In this document: piece by piece, positions 24,900-32,000 of the stretch | Layout of the letters: each line of letters opens with the position of its first letter | Position numbering within the stretch: the first letter of the stretch is position 1 | Source: Pyrodictium delaneyi | GTDB lineage: Archaea > Thermoproteota > Thermoprotei_A > Sulfolobales > Pyrodictiaceae | Reading direction: 5' to 3' | Length of the DNA: 32,000 bases | NCBI RefSeq assembly: GCF_001412615.1 | Contig: NZ_CP013011.1 | Location: 1,470,001 to 1,502,000, forward strand | Made by a program: the position numbers and the translations under genes | Notes under the pieces: generated by a model | Databases searched by the model: none | Seen by the model: the letters and a program-made list of their open reading frames with translations, nothing else | Told to the model about the DNA's origin: nothing

Positions 24900-25223
24900 C
24901 TACGGTCTCTGGAGATACCTCACAACATCCATGTGGTACACACTGACCTCTACGCCGAGTTGTTTACCCCTTTCTTCGAGTCGGCGACGTAACTCTTCTA
25001 TCTTCAGCTTCGCCTCGGTAACATCAACTATCATTGCCATCGTGAATATCCCGCGCATAACTGTCTGAGATATATCGAGAATGTTAGCGTTAGCGTCCGC
25101 CAAGACGCTTGCTAAGCCAGCCACTATGCCGGGCCTGTCGCGACCATGCACGAATACCACAATGTACTCGCGGCCCTCTTCTAGCTCCGGTATGTTTTCT
25201 GCATGCAAGGCGCCAGCCTGCAC
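24900..25223 (-). CDS. ACT-domain protein, UPF0237 family
   Basis: 107 aa per the track (GTG start). IVVFVHGRDRPGIVAGLASVLADANANILDISQTVMRGIFTMAMIVDV matches UPF0237 (G.DrpGIva.vs..La....NIlDisQT.m...FtM). The true start may be the internal GTG just before VFVHG, giving about 85 aa. Confidence 0.8.
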   Translation of the reverse strand: MQAGALHAENIPELEEGREYIVVFVHGRDRPGIVAGLASVLADANANILDISQTVMRGIFTMAMIVDVTEAKLKIEELRRRLEERGKQLGVEVSVYHMDVVRYLQRP

Positions 25224-25308
25224 CCCAGATAGGGGCTGCGCAGAGCCTCCTTATACCCTAAGTACACTATAGGATGCCAGTAGCCTCCTAGCGAGGGATA
25301 CCGAGGCC

Positions 25309-26079
25309 TTGGATCCGCGGGATGAAGCTAGGAGGTTGGCAGGACTTCTCGCAGAATCACGCCACGCAATAGTGTTCACCGGTGCAGGCGTGAGCACAGA
25401 GAGCGGTATACCCGACTTCCGTGGACCTAGCGGGCTTTGGCGTCGCATACCGCCCGAGGTGTTTACGATAGAGTATTTCCTCGAGAGGCCGCTCGAGGTC
25501 TGGAGGCTCTTCAGTGAATTCTTCTACAGCTTCCGCGGAGCCAAGCCGAACCCCGCCCACCTGGCTATAGCCAGGCTAGAGGAGCTAGGCGTTGTCAAGG
25601 CAGTTATAACTCAAAACATCGATGGCCTACACCAGGCCGCGGGTAGCCGGAAGGTGATAGAGCTACACGGCAACCTCCGCTGGGCCCGGTGCATGAGCTG
25701 CGGCCACAAGGTGGCACTAGACGATGCCGTGGAGACCGTCCGTAGGGGGCAGCTGCCCCACTGTCCCCGCTGCGGAGGCTTGCTTAAGCCCGACGCAGTA
25801 TTCTTCGGCGAGCCTCTCCCCGACGATGCACTAGAGGAAGCCTTCCGCGAGGCCCGCTCTGCCGATCTAGTGCTAGTGGTAGGCTCTAGCCTCACCGTCT
25901 ACCCTGCAGCCTACATCCCAGAGTATGCCCGGCGCAGAGGAGCACGACTAGTCATAGTGAACCTCGAGCCTACACCTCTTGACAATCTGGCGGAGATGAT
26001 TGTGCACCGTAAAGCGGGAGAGTTCTTACCCCTCGTCGTAAAGGAATTGGAGAAGATTCTCGGGCTAAATTCAGGCTAG
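25309..26079 (+). CDS. cobB: NAD-dependent protein deacylase, Sir2 family
   Basis: 256 aa with a TTG start. Motifs present: GAGVSTESGIPDFRG, TQNIDGLH, Zn cysteines CMSCGH...CPRCGG, and GSSLTVYPA. Confidence 0.92.
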   Translation: MDPRDEARRLAGLLAESRHAIVFTGAGVSTESGIPDFRGPSGLWRRIPPEVFTIEYFLERPLEVWRLFSEFFYSFRGAKPNPAHLAIARLEELGVVKAVITQNIDGLHQAAGSRKVIELHGNLRWARCMSCGHKVALDDAVETVRRGQLPHCPRCGGLLKPDAVFFGEPLPDDALEEAFREARSADLVLVVGSSLTVYPAAYIPEYARRRGARLVIVNLEPTPLDNLAEMIVHRKAGEFLPLVVKELEKILGLNSG

Positions 26080-26954
26080 CCGCGGCCGGCTAGTAGTTGC
26101 GCAGCTGCTATCAAGACCACGCCCGCCCCGTAAAGCACTGTGAAGGGCTCGCTGAAGAGGAGCCAGCCCCAGGCCATGGAGAGGACTAGTTCCAGTGTAG
26201 CAGCTATAGAGGCGCGATGCGGTTCTACCCCCTTGCTCAGTCCTCGGTAGAAGAGGATGTATGAAAGATGGCTCACCACTATAGCTAGGTAGGCTGCCGC
26301 GGGTAGACACTGAAGCGTCACCTTCACACTACCGGGCATGACCACCGTTGCCGCCAAGGCGCCGGGGAGTAGCCAGGCCTGTGTACCTGCAGCGACACTA
26401 GAGGGCTCCAGACCCGTTATTATCCTGGCAGCAGCGTATACGGTGGCAGCATAGAAGGCGCCACTGGCTAGCCCCCAGACTAGGCCTCCAGGGCTGACGA
26501 GCCCTCCCCAGGCCTCGCCGGCCAACAGCAAAGCACCCGCGATGGTGAACGTAGTGGCGAGAAGCTTCGAGGAGCCTGGTTTCCAGTGTTCAAGGGTTAG
26601 CTGGTAGGCTAGTATCCATGCTGGCGCCGTGTAGAGGAGAGCGGCTGCACGCCCTACGCCGAGTGCCTCGACCGCGTAGTAGTAGGAGACGTAGAAGGGC
26701 GTGAAGAGCGTCAAGGCGATGCCGATTACGCGGCGGTCAAACACTACACTCGGGCGGTATAGTCCGGCAACGAGCCCGAGCAGCGTCGCCAGCGCCGCTA
26801 GCGCTTGCCTCGCCACGAGTATGCCCAGTGGACTACAGCCAGCCGTGTAGCCGAGTCTTGTGGCCACGCCTATAGTGGACCATAGCGCCGCAGCCGCGTA
26901 GACCGCTAAAAGACCGCCGCCACGCCGCATACCCAGCTGCCGTGACGCGGACAC
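26076..26954 (-). CDS. EamA/DMT-superfamily transporter
   Basis: 292 aa with about 10 hydrophobic helices in two similar halves and a Gly/Ala/Leu-rich composition. No substrate can be inferred. It overlaps the Sir2 stop by 4 nt (convergent). Confidence 0.78.
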   Translation of the reverse strand: MSASRQLGMRRGGGLLAVYAAAALWSTIGVATRLGYTAGCSPLGILVARQALAALATLLGLVAGLYRPSVVFDRRVIGIALTLFTPFYVSYYYAVEALGVGRAAALLYTAPAWILAYQLTLEHWKPGSSKLLATTFTIAGALLLAGEAWGGLVSPGGLVWGLASGAFYAATVYAAARIITGLEPSSVAAGTQAWLLPGALAATVVMPGSVKVTLQCLPAAAYLAIVVSHLSYILFYRGLSKGVEPHRASIAATLELVLSMAWGWLLFSEPFTVLYGAGVVLIAAAQLLAGRG

Positions 26955-27001
26955 AGAGATAGGTCTCGCCTAATAGGATAGGTGTTTGCCACGAGGGAGA
27001 G

Positions 27002-28069
27002 CTAGCTACTTGCCAGGAAGCCGAGGCGACGTAGCAGGTTCGGGAGCGGCTGCGGGTTGAGTACCCATTGGCCCTCGAAGGGGTCGTACATCTCCACTGG
27101 TATAGTAGTCCCAAAGCCGCGGGTTACGACACCCACGTAGAGTATGCATTCTCCTAGCAGCTGGCGTGCATACTCTGTAGCCTCATCAGGCAATACAAGC
27201 ACTGTTGCTACCGTCTCCTCACCCAGAAATATGCTGGGAGTACTCCATGTCGCGAGCGCAAAAGCATAGAGTATGGGGAAGCAGTCTCTCCTAACACGTA
27301 TGAAGAGTGGTATGGGCCTATCAGAGCCTATCGCCGCTGCTAGAAGAAGTACCCGGCCTACCAGCTTTGCAGCGCTAAGTTGCCGATACCTCTGAGCTAA
27401 GCGTCGGTAGTTTAGCCTATGACTCAGACCTTCTATCTCAAGTCTCTCAGAGTATATAGGGCTAGGGTCTTGAAGCTCTCTTACACCTGCAAGAGGGTTT
27501 AGGTCAAGCCCAGCGTAAATCATCAAGTCAAGCAAGTTTATCTTCGCCTGAGGAACCTCCTCAAGGACACGTAAAGCCTTGCTAATTTCTTCATGCAGAC
27601 TGCCAGGGCGTGGTAGTCTCCGGGGTTTATTGCAGTCAAACTGGAGCGGTATCGTTACACCTAGCTCTATCTCGCCATTAAGCTTCCTTTCAATCTCAGG
27701 AATCAGTTCGTACACATAGCCTTCTGGCAACAAGTAGCTATAGATATGCATATTGTCTAGGGTTGCTCGATAGGAGTGAAGATACCGATACAATGGTATA
27801 CCTAATCGTTCAAGGTCACTAATTCTTGTAGCTTCACCAACCGGTGTCCTTGTATACACTACTGCCGTAAGGAGGCCCAACGGTCGCACATCCCTTATAT
27901 GTTGAGGCCATAGCTCGTGTCTCTTTTCACGTAACTTACGTAGTATCACACGAACATAGTTCTCGGTGACACCAAGCCGTCCAGCTATCTGCTCTACCTC
28001 TGTACGCACATCATAGCAGGCCAATAACCTTGCTACGTCTTTCTCCATACCGCTAAGTGCTGCTGACAC
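27002..28069 (-). CDS. hypothetical protein with N-terminal HTH and an internal two-fold repeat (putative regulator)
   Basis: 355 aa with a GTG start. The HTH is VEQIAGRLGVTENYVRVILRKL. The two halves share recognisable repeats: SYLLPEGYVYELIPEIERKL...GVTIPLQFD versus VLVLPDEATEYARQLLGE...GTTIPVEMYD. It lies 47 nt upstream of the EamA gene on the same strand. Confidence 0.6.
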   Translation of the reverse strand: MSAALSGMEKDVARLLACYDVRTEVEQIAGRLGVTENYVRVILRKLREKRHELWPQHIRDVRPLGLLTAVVYTRTPVGEATRISDLERLGIPLYRYLHSYRATLDNMHIYSYLLPEGYVYELIPEIERKLNGEIELGVTIPLQFDCNKPRRLPRPGSLHEEISKALRVLEEVPQAKINLLDLMIYAGLDLNPLAGVRELQDPSPIYSERLEIEGLSHRLNYRRLAQRYRQLSAAKLVGRVLLLAAAIGSDRPIPLFIRVRRDCFPILYAFALATWSTPSIFLGEETVATVLVLPDEATEYARQLLGECILYVGVVTRGFGTTIPVEMYDPFEGQWVLNPQPLPNLLRRLGFLASS

Positions 28070-28310
28070 AGTATCCCAGACCCCAGTTCGGTTTAACTCA
28101 TTGAGACTGTAGTAGCAAGGGGATTTATTGTGTTTATTGTAAATTTATCCAAAAAGTCGGGGATAATTATACGTGAATCGTTCAAAGCGAGTGACAAATA
28201 ATCGTTTTGTTATAATTCACGGGAATATGCGTTTTATGATTCCGACACTATACGTACCGAGCCTAATGTATGATCTTTCTTGCATCATAAGTGCTACAAC
28301 TATGTGTCAA

Positions 28311-28332
28311 GTAAAGATCCATAGATCTTTAC
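28311..28332. repeat. perfect 9-bp inverted repeat GTAAAGATC-cata-GATCTTTAC
   Basis: Read directly. Its half-site GATCTTT also occurs at 28272-28278. Confidence 0.6.
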
Positions 28333-28353
28333 ATTTAAAAATACACGCAGCAG

Positions 28354-28363
28354 TGATGCATCA
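28354..28363. repeat. perfect 10-bp palindrome TGATGCATCA
   Basis: Read directly. Its half-site TGCATCA also occurs at 28281-28287, immediately next to the extra GATCTTT copy. Confidence 0.6.
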
Positions 28364-28545
28364 TTTCATGTTGCGTAATGTTTAAAACTGAATCCCTATA
28401 TCATATTTAAAACTTTCTATCCATGATACGACATGGAATCACCTACTACAAACCACTAAATAGGACTCATGTTTAGCACCAGTCAAAGAGGCTACAGCCT
28501 TCCCGGAAGGAGCAAACATGGAAAGAGAAATGAGGTGAGTAGATC

Positions 28546-28962
28546 GTGACAGGAGACTGTATATTCTGCAAAATAATTCGTGGTGAAATACCATCCGTAA
28601 AGATATACGAGGACGAAAATGTAGTAGCATTCTTGGACATCTACCCTATAAACCCAGGCCACACGCTAGTTGTTCCTAAGCGACATGTTGAGTACCTTCA
28701 CGAACTAAAAGATGACGAAGCAGCTGCCCTTATAAATGCTGTCAAGAAGCTAGCGCCACGAATAGTAGAAGCCATGGGCGCTGATGGCTATAATGTTGTA
28801 ACTAATAACGGGAGGGCAGCAGGCCAAGTAATATTCCATGTACACTTCCATATAGTACCACGCTTCGAAGATGATAAATGCCGATTTGACTGTGAGCGAA
28901 GCAAACCAAGCATGGAAGAGCTAGAGAAAGTAGGCGAACAGATAAGGAGAGCCATAGGGTAG
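28546..28962 (+). CDS. HIT-family nucleotide hydrolase/transferase
   Basis: 138 aa. The GTG start is preceded by GAGGTGAG (28532-28539). CIFCKII, VVAFLDIYPINPGHTLVVPKRH and the histidine triad HVHFHIVPR are present. Confidence 0.9.
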   Translation: MTGDCIFCKIIRGEIPSVKIYEDENVVAFLDIYPINPGHTLVVPKRHVEYLHELKDDEAAALINAVKKLAPRIVEAMGADGYNVVTNNGRAAGQVIFHVHFHIVPRFEDDKCRFDCERSKPSMEELEKVGEQIRRAIG

Positions 28963-29192
28963 TAGTTACACTACCGATTGCTCGAGACGTACTAGTCTTC
29001 GTAGCGTATGTTAGAACCCCCTGTTACAAGACATCATTCCCAAACCCTAGATACTATCACATTAGCGCTATCATTTCGATTCCATCTTATACCATAAATT
29101 TCGGCTTAGGTTACCGAATACACATCCAGTCTTTAAAATGTACACCAAACTATATAATTTGATTGGGTAGCCTTCCGAGGTGAGTAAAAAAC

Positions 29193-29600
29193 ATGACAAC
29201 GAAAAAACTCCTTGAAGAGCTACGCAAAGCCTTAGCTAAGCTTATGGATGAGTTTCATAGTTTGCAGGAAAAGAGAAAGCTAGCGCTAACATTAGTGGCA
29301 GCACTACGTCTTAGACAGAAAGGTCAACCCGTAACACCTAAAACTGTCGCCGAAGAAGCACGCAGTATCATAAAGCAGACTGAAGGTCACGTAGACTGGG
29401 GTGTTAGCCGCGAGGAATACACAGTAGCTCTTGCTACTGATCTGCTGCACGAGCTAGTCGAAATGGGAGTACTCGAGCCGTATCCTGAAACCCTTGAAAC
29501 ACTTGACAAGAGGTATAGGTTCCGTAGCTATGAGGAGGAAGAAGATGCGGCAAAGGAGGCTCTAAAGGTAGTAGCACCGCTTCTACAGAAAGTCGTCTAA
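29193..29600 (+). CDS. hypothetical protein (helical, acidic C-terminal region)
   Basis: 135 aa. The ATG is preceded by CCGAGGTGAG, and a TATATAAT box lies at 29152-29159. I recognise no family motif. Protein-like composition and start signals are the only support. Confidence 0.5.
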   Translation: MTTKKLLEELRKALAKLMDEFHSLQEKRKLALTLVAALRLRQKGQPVTPKTVAEEARSIIKQTEGHVDWGVSREEYTVALATDLLHELVEMGVLEPYPETLETLDKRYRFRSYEEEEDAAKEALKVVAPLLQKVV

Positions 29601-29665
29601 CCGTACCTTGGGTTTTACCGCAAACCTTCCATCCCTTGTAGCTTAGACTACAGTTTAGATTACAG

Positions 29666-29824
29666 TCAGCATTTTTCGGAGAGAAGTTCTGTAGCACCAT
29701 GCGCAATAAACAATGCAGCTAGTAGTGCCCCTATAACACGCCCATCAATTATGAATGCTACTACACCTATAGAACCTAGAATGAGCGCAAAGATGTGGAG
29801 TCGGCGCGTTCTTGCCTTCAGCAT
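29666..29824 (-). CDS. small hydrophobic protein, 52 aa (below the ORF-track cutoff)
   Basis: My own translation of the minus strand gives MLKARTRRLHIFALILGSIGVVAFIIDGRVIGALLAALFIAHGATELLSEKC. This has a basic N-terminus followed by one or two TM segments. GGAGGA lies 10 nt upstream of the ATG, and a TTTAAATTT box at 29864-29872 lies about 40 nt upstream. Confidence 0.4.
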   Translation of the reverse strand: MLKARTRRLHIFALILGSIGVVAFIIDGRVIGALLAALFIAHGATELLSEKC

Positions 29825-29977
29825 CGCCGACTATTCCTCCGCTCTTCCCACATTTGCCTCTCCTTTAAATTTGTAGCTTTTATCACTGTCAATTCTAATA
29901 GATATGCGTCTAATCTGCAGGTATCACCCTGGTCATACCCGGCAGGGGCACTCAGCCCGCTTCTGTACGCAGTACCA

Positions 29978-29985
29978 GTATTATG
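29978..29985 (+). promoter_or_regulatory. TATA-like box GTATTATG at leaderless distance from the RuBisCO ATG
   Basis: Its centre is about 28 nt upstream of ATG 30010. A CCCGGCAG motif lies immediately downstream (29986-29993), and a second copy is at 29938-29945. Confidence 0.35.
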
Positions 29986-30009
29986 CCCGGCAGATAGACT
30001 CTATACACT

Positions 30010-31347
30010 ATGGTGCCTAGATTGCCTGAAAAGTTCGACATCATATACCACGAATTCGTAGACGAAAACTACAAGCCGAGTGGAACTGACCTAATCGTCG
30101 TCTTTCGCGTCACGCCAGCCAAGGGCATCTCTATATATGATGCTGCTGGCCGCGTCGCAGCCGAGAGCAGTGTAGGTACGTGGACCACACTGAGCGTAAA
30201 GCCCAGCTTATTTGAAAAACTGAAGGCAAAGGCTTATCGACTCCACGATCTAGGCGATGGTAGCTGGCTTGTATGGGTAGCCTATCCCTTGGAGCTGTTC
30301 GAAGAGGGAAGTATCCCCAATCTAGCCAGCAGTGTGCTCGGCAACATATTTGGCATGAAAGCAATTGAAGGGCTCCGTGTAGAAGACATAGTGTTTCCAC
30401 GGGAGTATATCGAGTGGTTCCCCGGACCACAGCACGGTGTTACTGGTGTAAGAGAGATACTCAAGATACGCGATCGCCCCATCCTGGCTACTGTACCTAA
30501 GCCCAAGCTAGGCTATACGCCAGAAGAGTATGGTAAAATTGCCTACGAGATACTAGTAGGCGGCGTCGACCTAGTAAAGGATGACGAGAATTTCGCGGGA
30601 CAGAAGTTCTGTAGGTTCGAAGCTAGGCTCCGCGAGGTAATGAAGGCCATCGATAAAGCGGAGAAGGAGACAGGGGAGAGGAAAGGTTACCTCGCAAACG
30701 TGACAGCTAACATAAAGGAGATGGAAAAGAGGATCAAGCTTGTCGCGGACTATGGTAACCAGTTCATAATGATAGACTTCCTTACCGTTGGCTGGGCTGC
30801 CCTACATCATGCCCGAGAACTAGCTGAGGAGTACAAGCTCGCCATCCATGGCCATCGGGCGTTCCACGCCGCCTTCACCCGTAACCCCCGCCACGGTGTC
30901 TCAATGTTCGTCATCGCTAAGCTCGGCCGCCTAGCTGGACTAGATCACCTCCATATAGGGACACCCAGCGTAGGAAAGATGGATGCAAAAACTATGGAGG
31001 TCATCGATTACGCCCGGCTGCTTCGGGAGCCGGTATTCAAACCACGAGAGGACGACATAATCCACATGGAGCAGGACTGGGCTGGGCTCAAGCCAGTACT
31101 TCCTGTCTCCAGCGGAGGACTACACCCCGGCAACTTGCAGCCCGTAATAGAGAAGCTCGGTGCAGATGTTCTACTTCAAGTCGGCGGTGGCGTAATAGGC
31201 CATCCTGACGGCCCTAGGGCAGGCGCGGCAGCTGTAAGACAAGCGATAGACGCTATATTGAGGGGAATCCCGCTAGACGAGTACGCAAAGGAGCACCGGG
31301 AGCTGGCCCGGGCGCTTGAAAAGTGGGGCCACGTTAGACCGGTCTAG
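30010..31347 (+). CDS. rbcL: ribulose-1,5-bisphosphate carboxylase/oxygenase, type III (archaeal large subunit)
   Basis: 445 aa. The N-terminus KFDIIYHEFVDENYKP...DLIVVFRVTP is typical of archaeal type III. Catalytic blocks are intact: ESSVGTWTT, VPKPKLGYTP, GGVDLVKDDENF (carbamylated Lys), HGHRAFHAAF, SSGGLHPG and VGGGVIGHPDG. No small-subunit gene is nearby. Confidence 0.95.
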   Translation: MVPRLPEKFDIIYHEFVDENYKPSGTDLIVVFRVTPAKGISIYDAAGRVAAESSVGTWTTLSVKPSLFEKLKAKAYRLHDLGDGSWLVWVAYPLELFEEGSIPNLASSVLGNIFGMKAIEGLRVEDIVFPREYIEWFPGPQHGVTGVREILKIRDRPILATVPKPKLGYTPEEYGKIAYEILVGGVDLVKDDENFAGQKFCRFEARLREVMKAIDKAEKETGERKGYLANVTANIKEMEKRIKLVADYGNQFIMIDFLTVGWAALHHARELAEEYKLAIHGHRAFHAAFTRNPRHGVSMFVIAKLGRLAGLDHLHIGTPSVGKMDAKTMEVIDYARLLREPVFKPREDDIIHMEQDWAGLKPVLPVSSGGLHPGNLQPVIEKLGADVLLQVGGGVIGHPDGPRAGAAAVRQAIDAILRGIPLDEYAKEHRELARALEKWGHVRPV

Positions 31348-31438
31348 CCTTACAGCGCCTACCGGTGTACCGTGTTCTCTCTAGCGAATACGATTTCTAG
31401 GGGTTTTCCACCTCTAGCCCCTCTCCTAGGGTATCGTT

Positions 31439-32000
31439 ATGCATCGCGTGCTCCTAGCTGTAGTCTTTATCCTCCTCTTGCCTAGTTACGCTGCACCCGC
31501 TCTCGCCCATGACAGTGCTGTAGTAGTTGAGGCTATCGTCGGCGAGGACGGCTGGGCGTTCATACATGCCCGGCTGCCGCCAGGAGAGTACCAGATAGTG
31601 GCTGTCGAGGGCTGGAAGCCTAGGCCCGTCAACCCGAAGCCACTACTCCTCAGCTTTACCCCGGATCCGGGGTTCTGGGAGAAGCTTAGAGGATTAGCAG
31701 TCGCTGCAACGTCTACAGTCTATGAGCCCAGAGTAGAACTCCTCGGCACGCCTAACGGTATAGAACTCTACGCGTGGGCTCCAGGCGAGCCTGGCTCCCG
31801 GGTTAGGGTGGTTCTTGAGAGGTTGGAAGCCGGAACGACCACTAGCGAGAAGAAAGGCATGCTCATAATCGTTCCTAATAACACGCTGGTGCTGAGCTAT
31901 GCAGAGAAGATAACTGAGCTGCATCACAGCCAAGGTCTAGACGTGGAGATAGTTACTACGGACGAGATCAGGAGGAGCTACAAGCCCGCAGATGAGCCAG
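31439..32000 (+). CDS. secreted protein, 5' partial (runs off the window); possibly peptidase C25-like
   Basis: This ORF is not in the track because it is open-ended. My translation from ATG 31439 has no stop to 32000. The sequence MHRVLLAVVFILLLPSYAAPALAHDS is a signal peptide. Further on, KKGMLIIVPNNTLVLSYAEKITELHHSQGLDVEIVTTDEI resembles the N-terminal region of C25/gingipain-like proteins. The family call is weak. Confidence 0.55.
   Translation, partial: MHRVLLAVVFILLLPSYAAPALAHDSAVVVEAIVGEDGWAFIHARLPPGEYQIVAVEGWKPRPVNPKPLLLSFTPDPGFWEKLRGLAVAATSTVYEPRVELLGTPNGIELYAWAPGEPGSRVRVVLERLEAGTTTSEKKGMLIIVPNNTLVLSYAEKITELHHSQGLDVEIVTTDEIRRSYKPADEP

Noticed and set aside
28173-28385. 70-aa plus-strand ORF in the AT-rich spacer.
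   Set aside because: It has a GTG start without a ribosome-binding motif and an odd composition (His/Met/Ile/Cys-rich, no recognisable fold pattern). It spans the palindromes, which look like DNA or RNA elements. I treat it as non-coding, though the region itself is flagged as a finding.
28502-28517. CCCGGAAGGAGCAAAC resembles the archaeal SRP RNA helix-8 sequence.
   Set aside because: It sits in AT-rich sequence with no flanking helices, about 30 nt upstream of the HIT start codon. It is more simply part of that gene's 5' region.
29795-30061. 88-aa plus-strand ORF overlapping the RuBisCO start.
   Set aside because: It is in a different frame from rbcL and has no motif. It covers the rbcL promoter region and overlaps the start of the better-supported minus-strand micro-ORF.
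1-32000. CRISPR arrays, IS elements, integrases, toxin-antitoxin pairs and rRNA/tRNA genes.
   Set aside because: No regularly spaced repeats, no transposase or integrase-like ORFs and no rRNA or tRNA signatures were seen on either strand.

Overview
Archaeal chromosomal window, probably from a hyperthermophilic crenarchaeote. This is inferred from type III RuBisCO, archaeal-type CobY/CobT/CbiZ, a nuo cluster without nuoEFG, TATA-like boxes about 27 nt upstream of many starts, and very frequent GTG/TTG starts. I saw no tRNA, rRNA, CRISPR array, transposase or integrase. Layout: (1) 103-9620 is a complex-I-type nuo cluster, with nuoC on the minus strand diverging from nuoD-H-I-J-K-M-L-N on the plus strand; nuoA/B are not in the window. 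(2) 9808-12408 (minus) is the ECF-type metal importer cbiM / PDGLE (cbiN-like) / cbiQ / cbiO. (3) 12918-18457 (minus) is a tightly overlapping corrinoid-salvage and nucleotide-loop operon, cobT / cbiZ (fused to a PgpA/CobZ-like domain) / cobY / cobD / cobS / cbiB. It is separated from cbiM by a 509-bp spacer containing a perfect palindrome. (4) A lone class-II amidotransferase (18845-19711) lies between two long non-coding stretches that carry GC-rich helices. (5) 20220-23504 (plus) holds a CxxxC thioredoxin-fold protein, an AmmeMemoRadiSam-type radical SAM enzyme, an HTH/coiled-coil protein and a single-cysteine CxxS glutaredoxin-like fusion protein. (6) The remainder holds the unknown-function ACT(UPF0237)+UPF0210 pair, Sir2, an EamA transporter, an internally duplicated HTH protein, a 476-bp AT-rich spacer with interlocking palindromes, a HIT hydrolase, small hypotheticals including an untracked 52-aa membrane ORF, type III RuBisCO and the 5' end of a secreted protein. 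The best candidates for something undescribed are the radical-SAM/thioredoxin-fold neighbourhood, the CbiZ-CobZ-like fusion, the structured non-coding regions at 19712-20219 and 12409-12917, and the palindrome-rich spacer at 28070-28545. All functional calls rest on motif recognition by eye; no searches were run.
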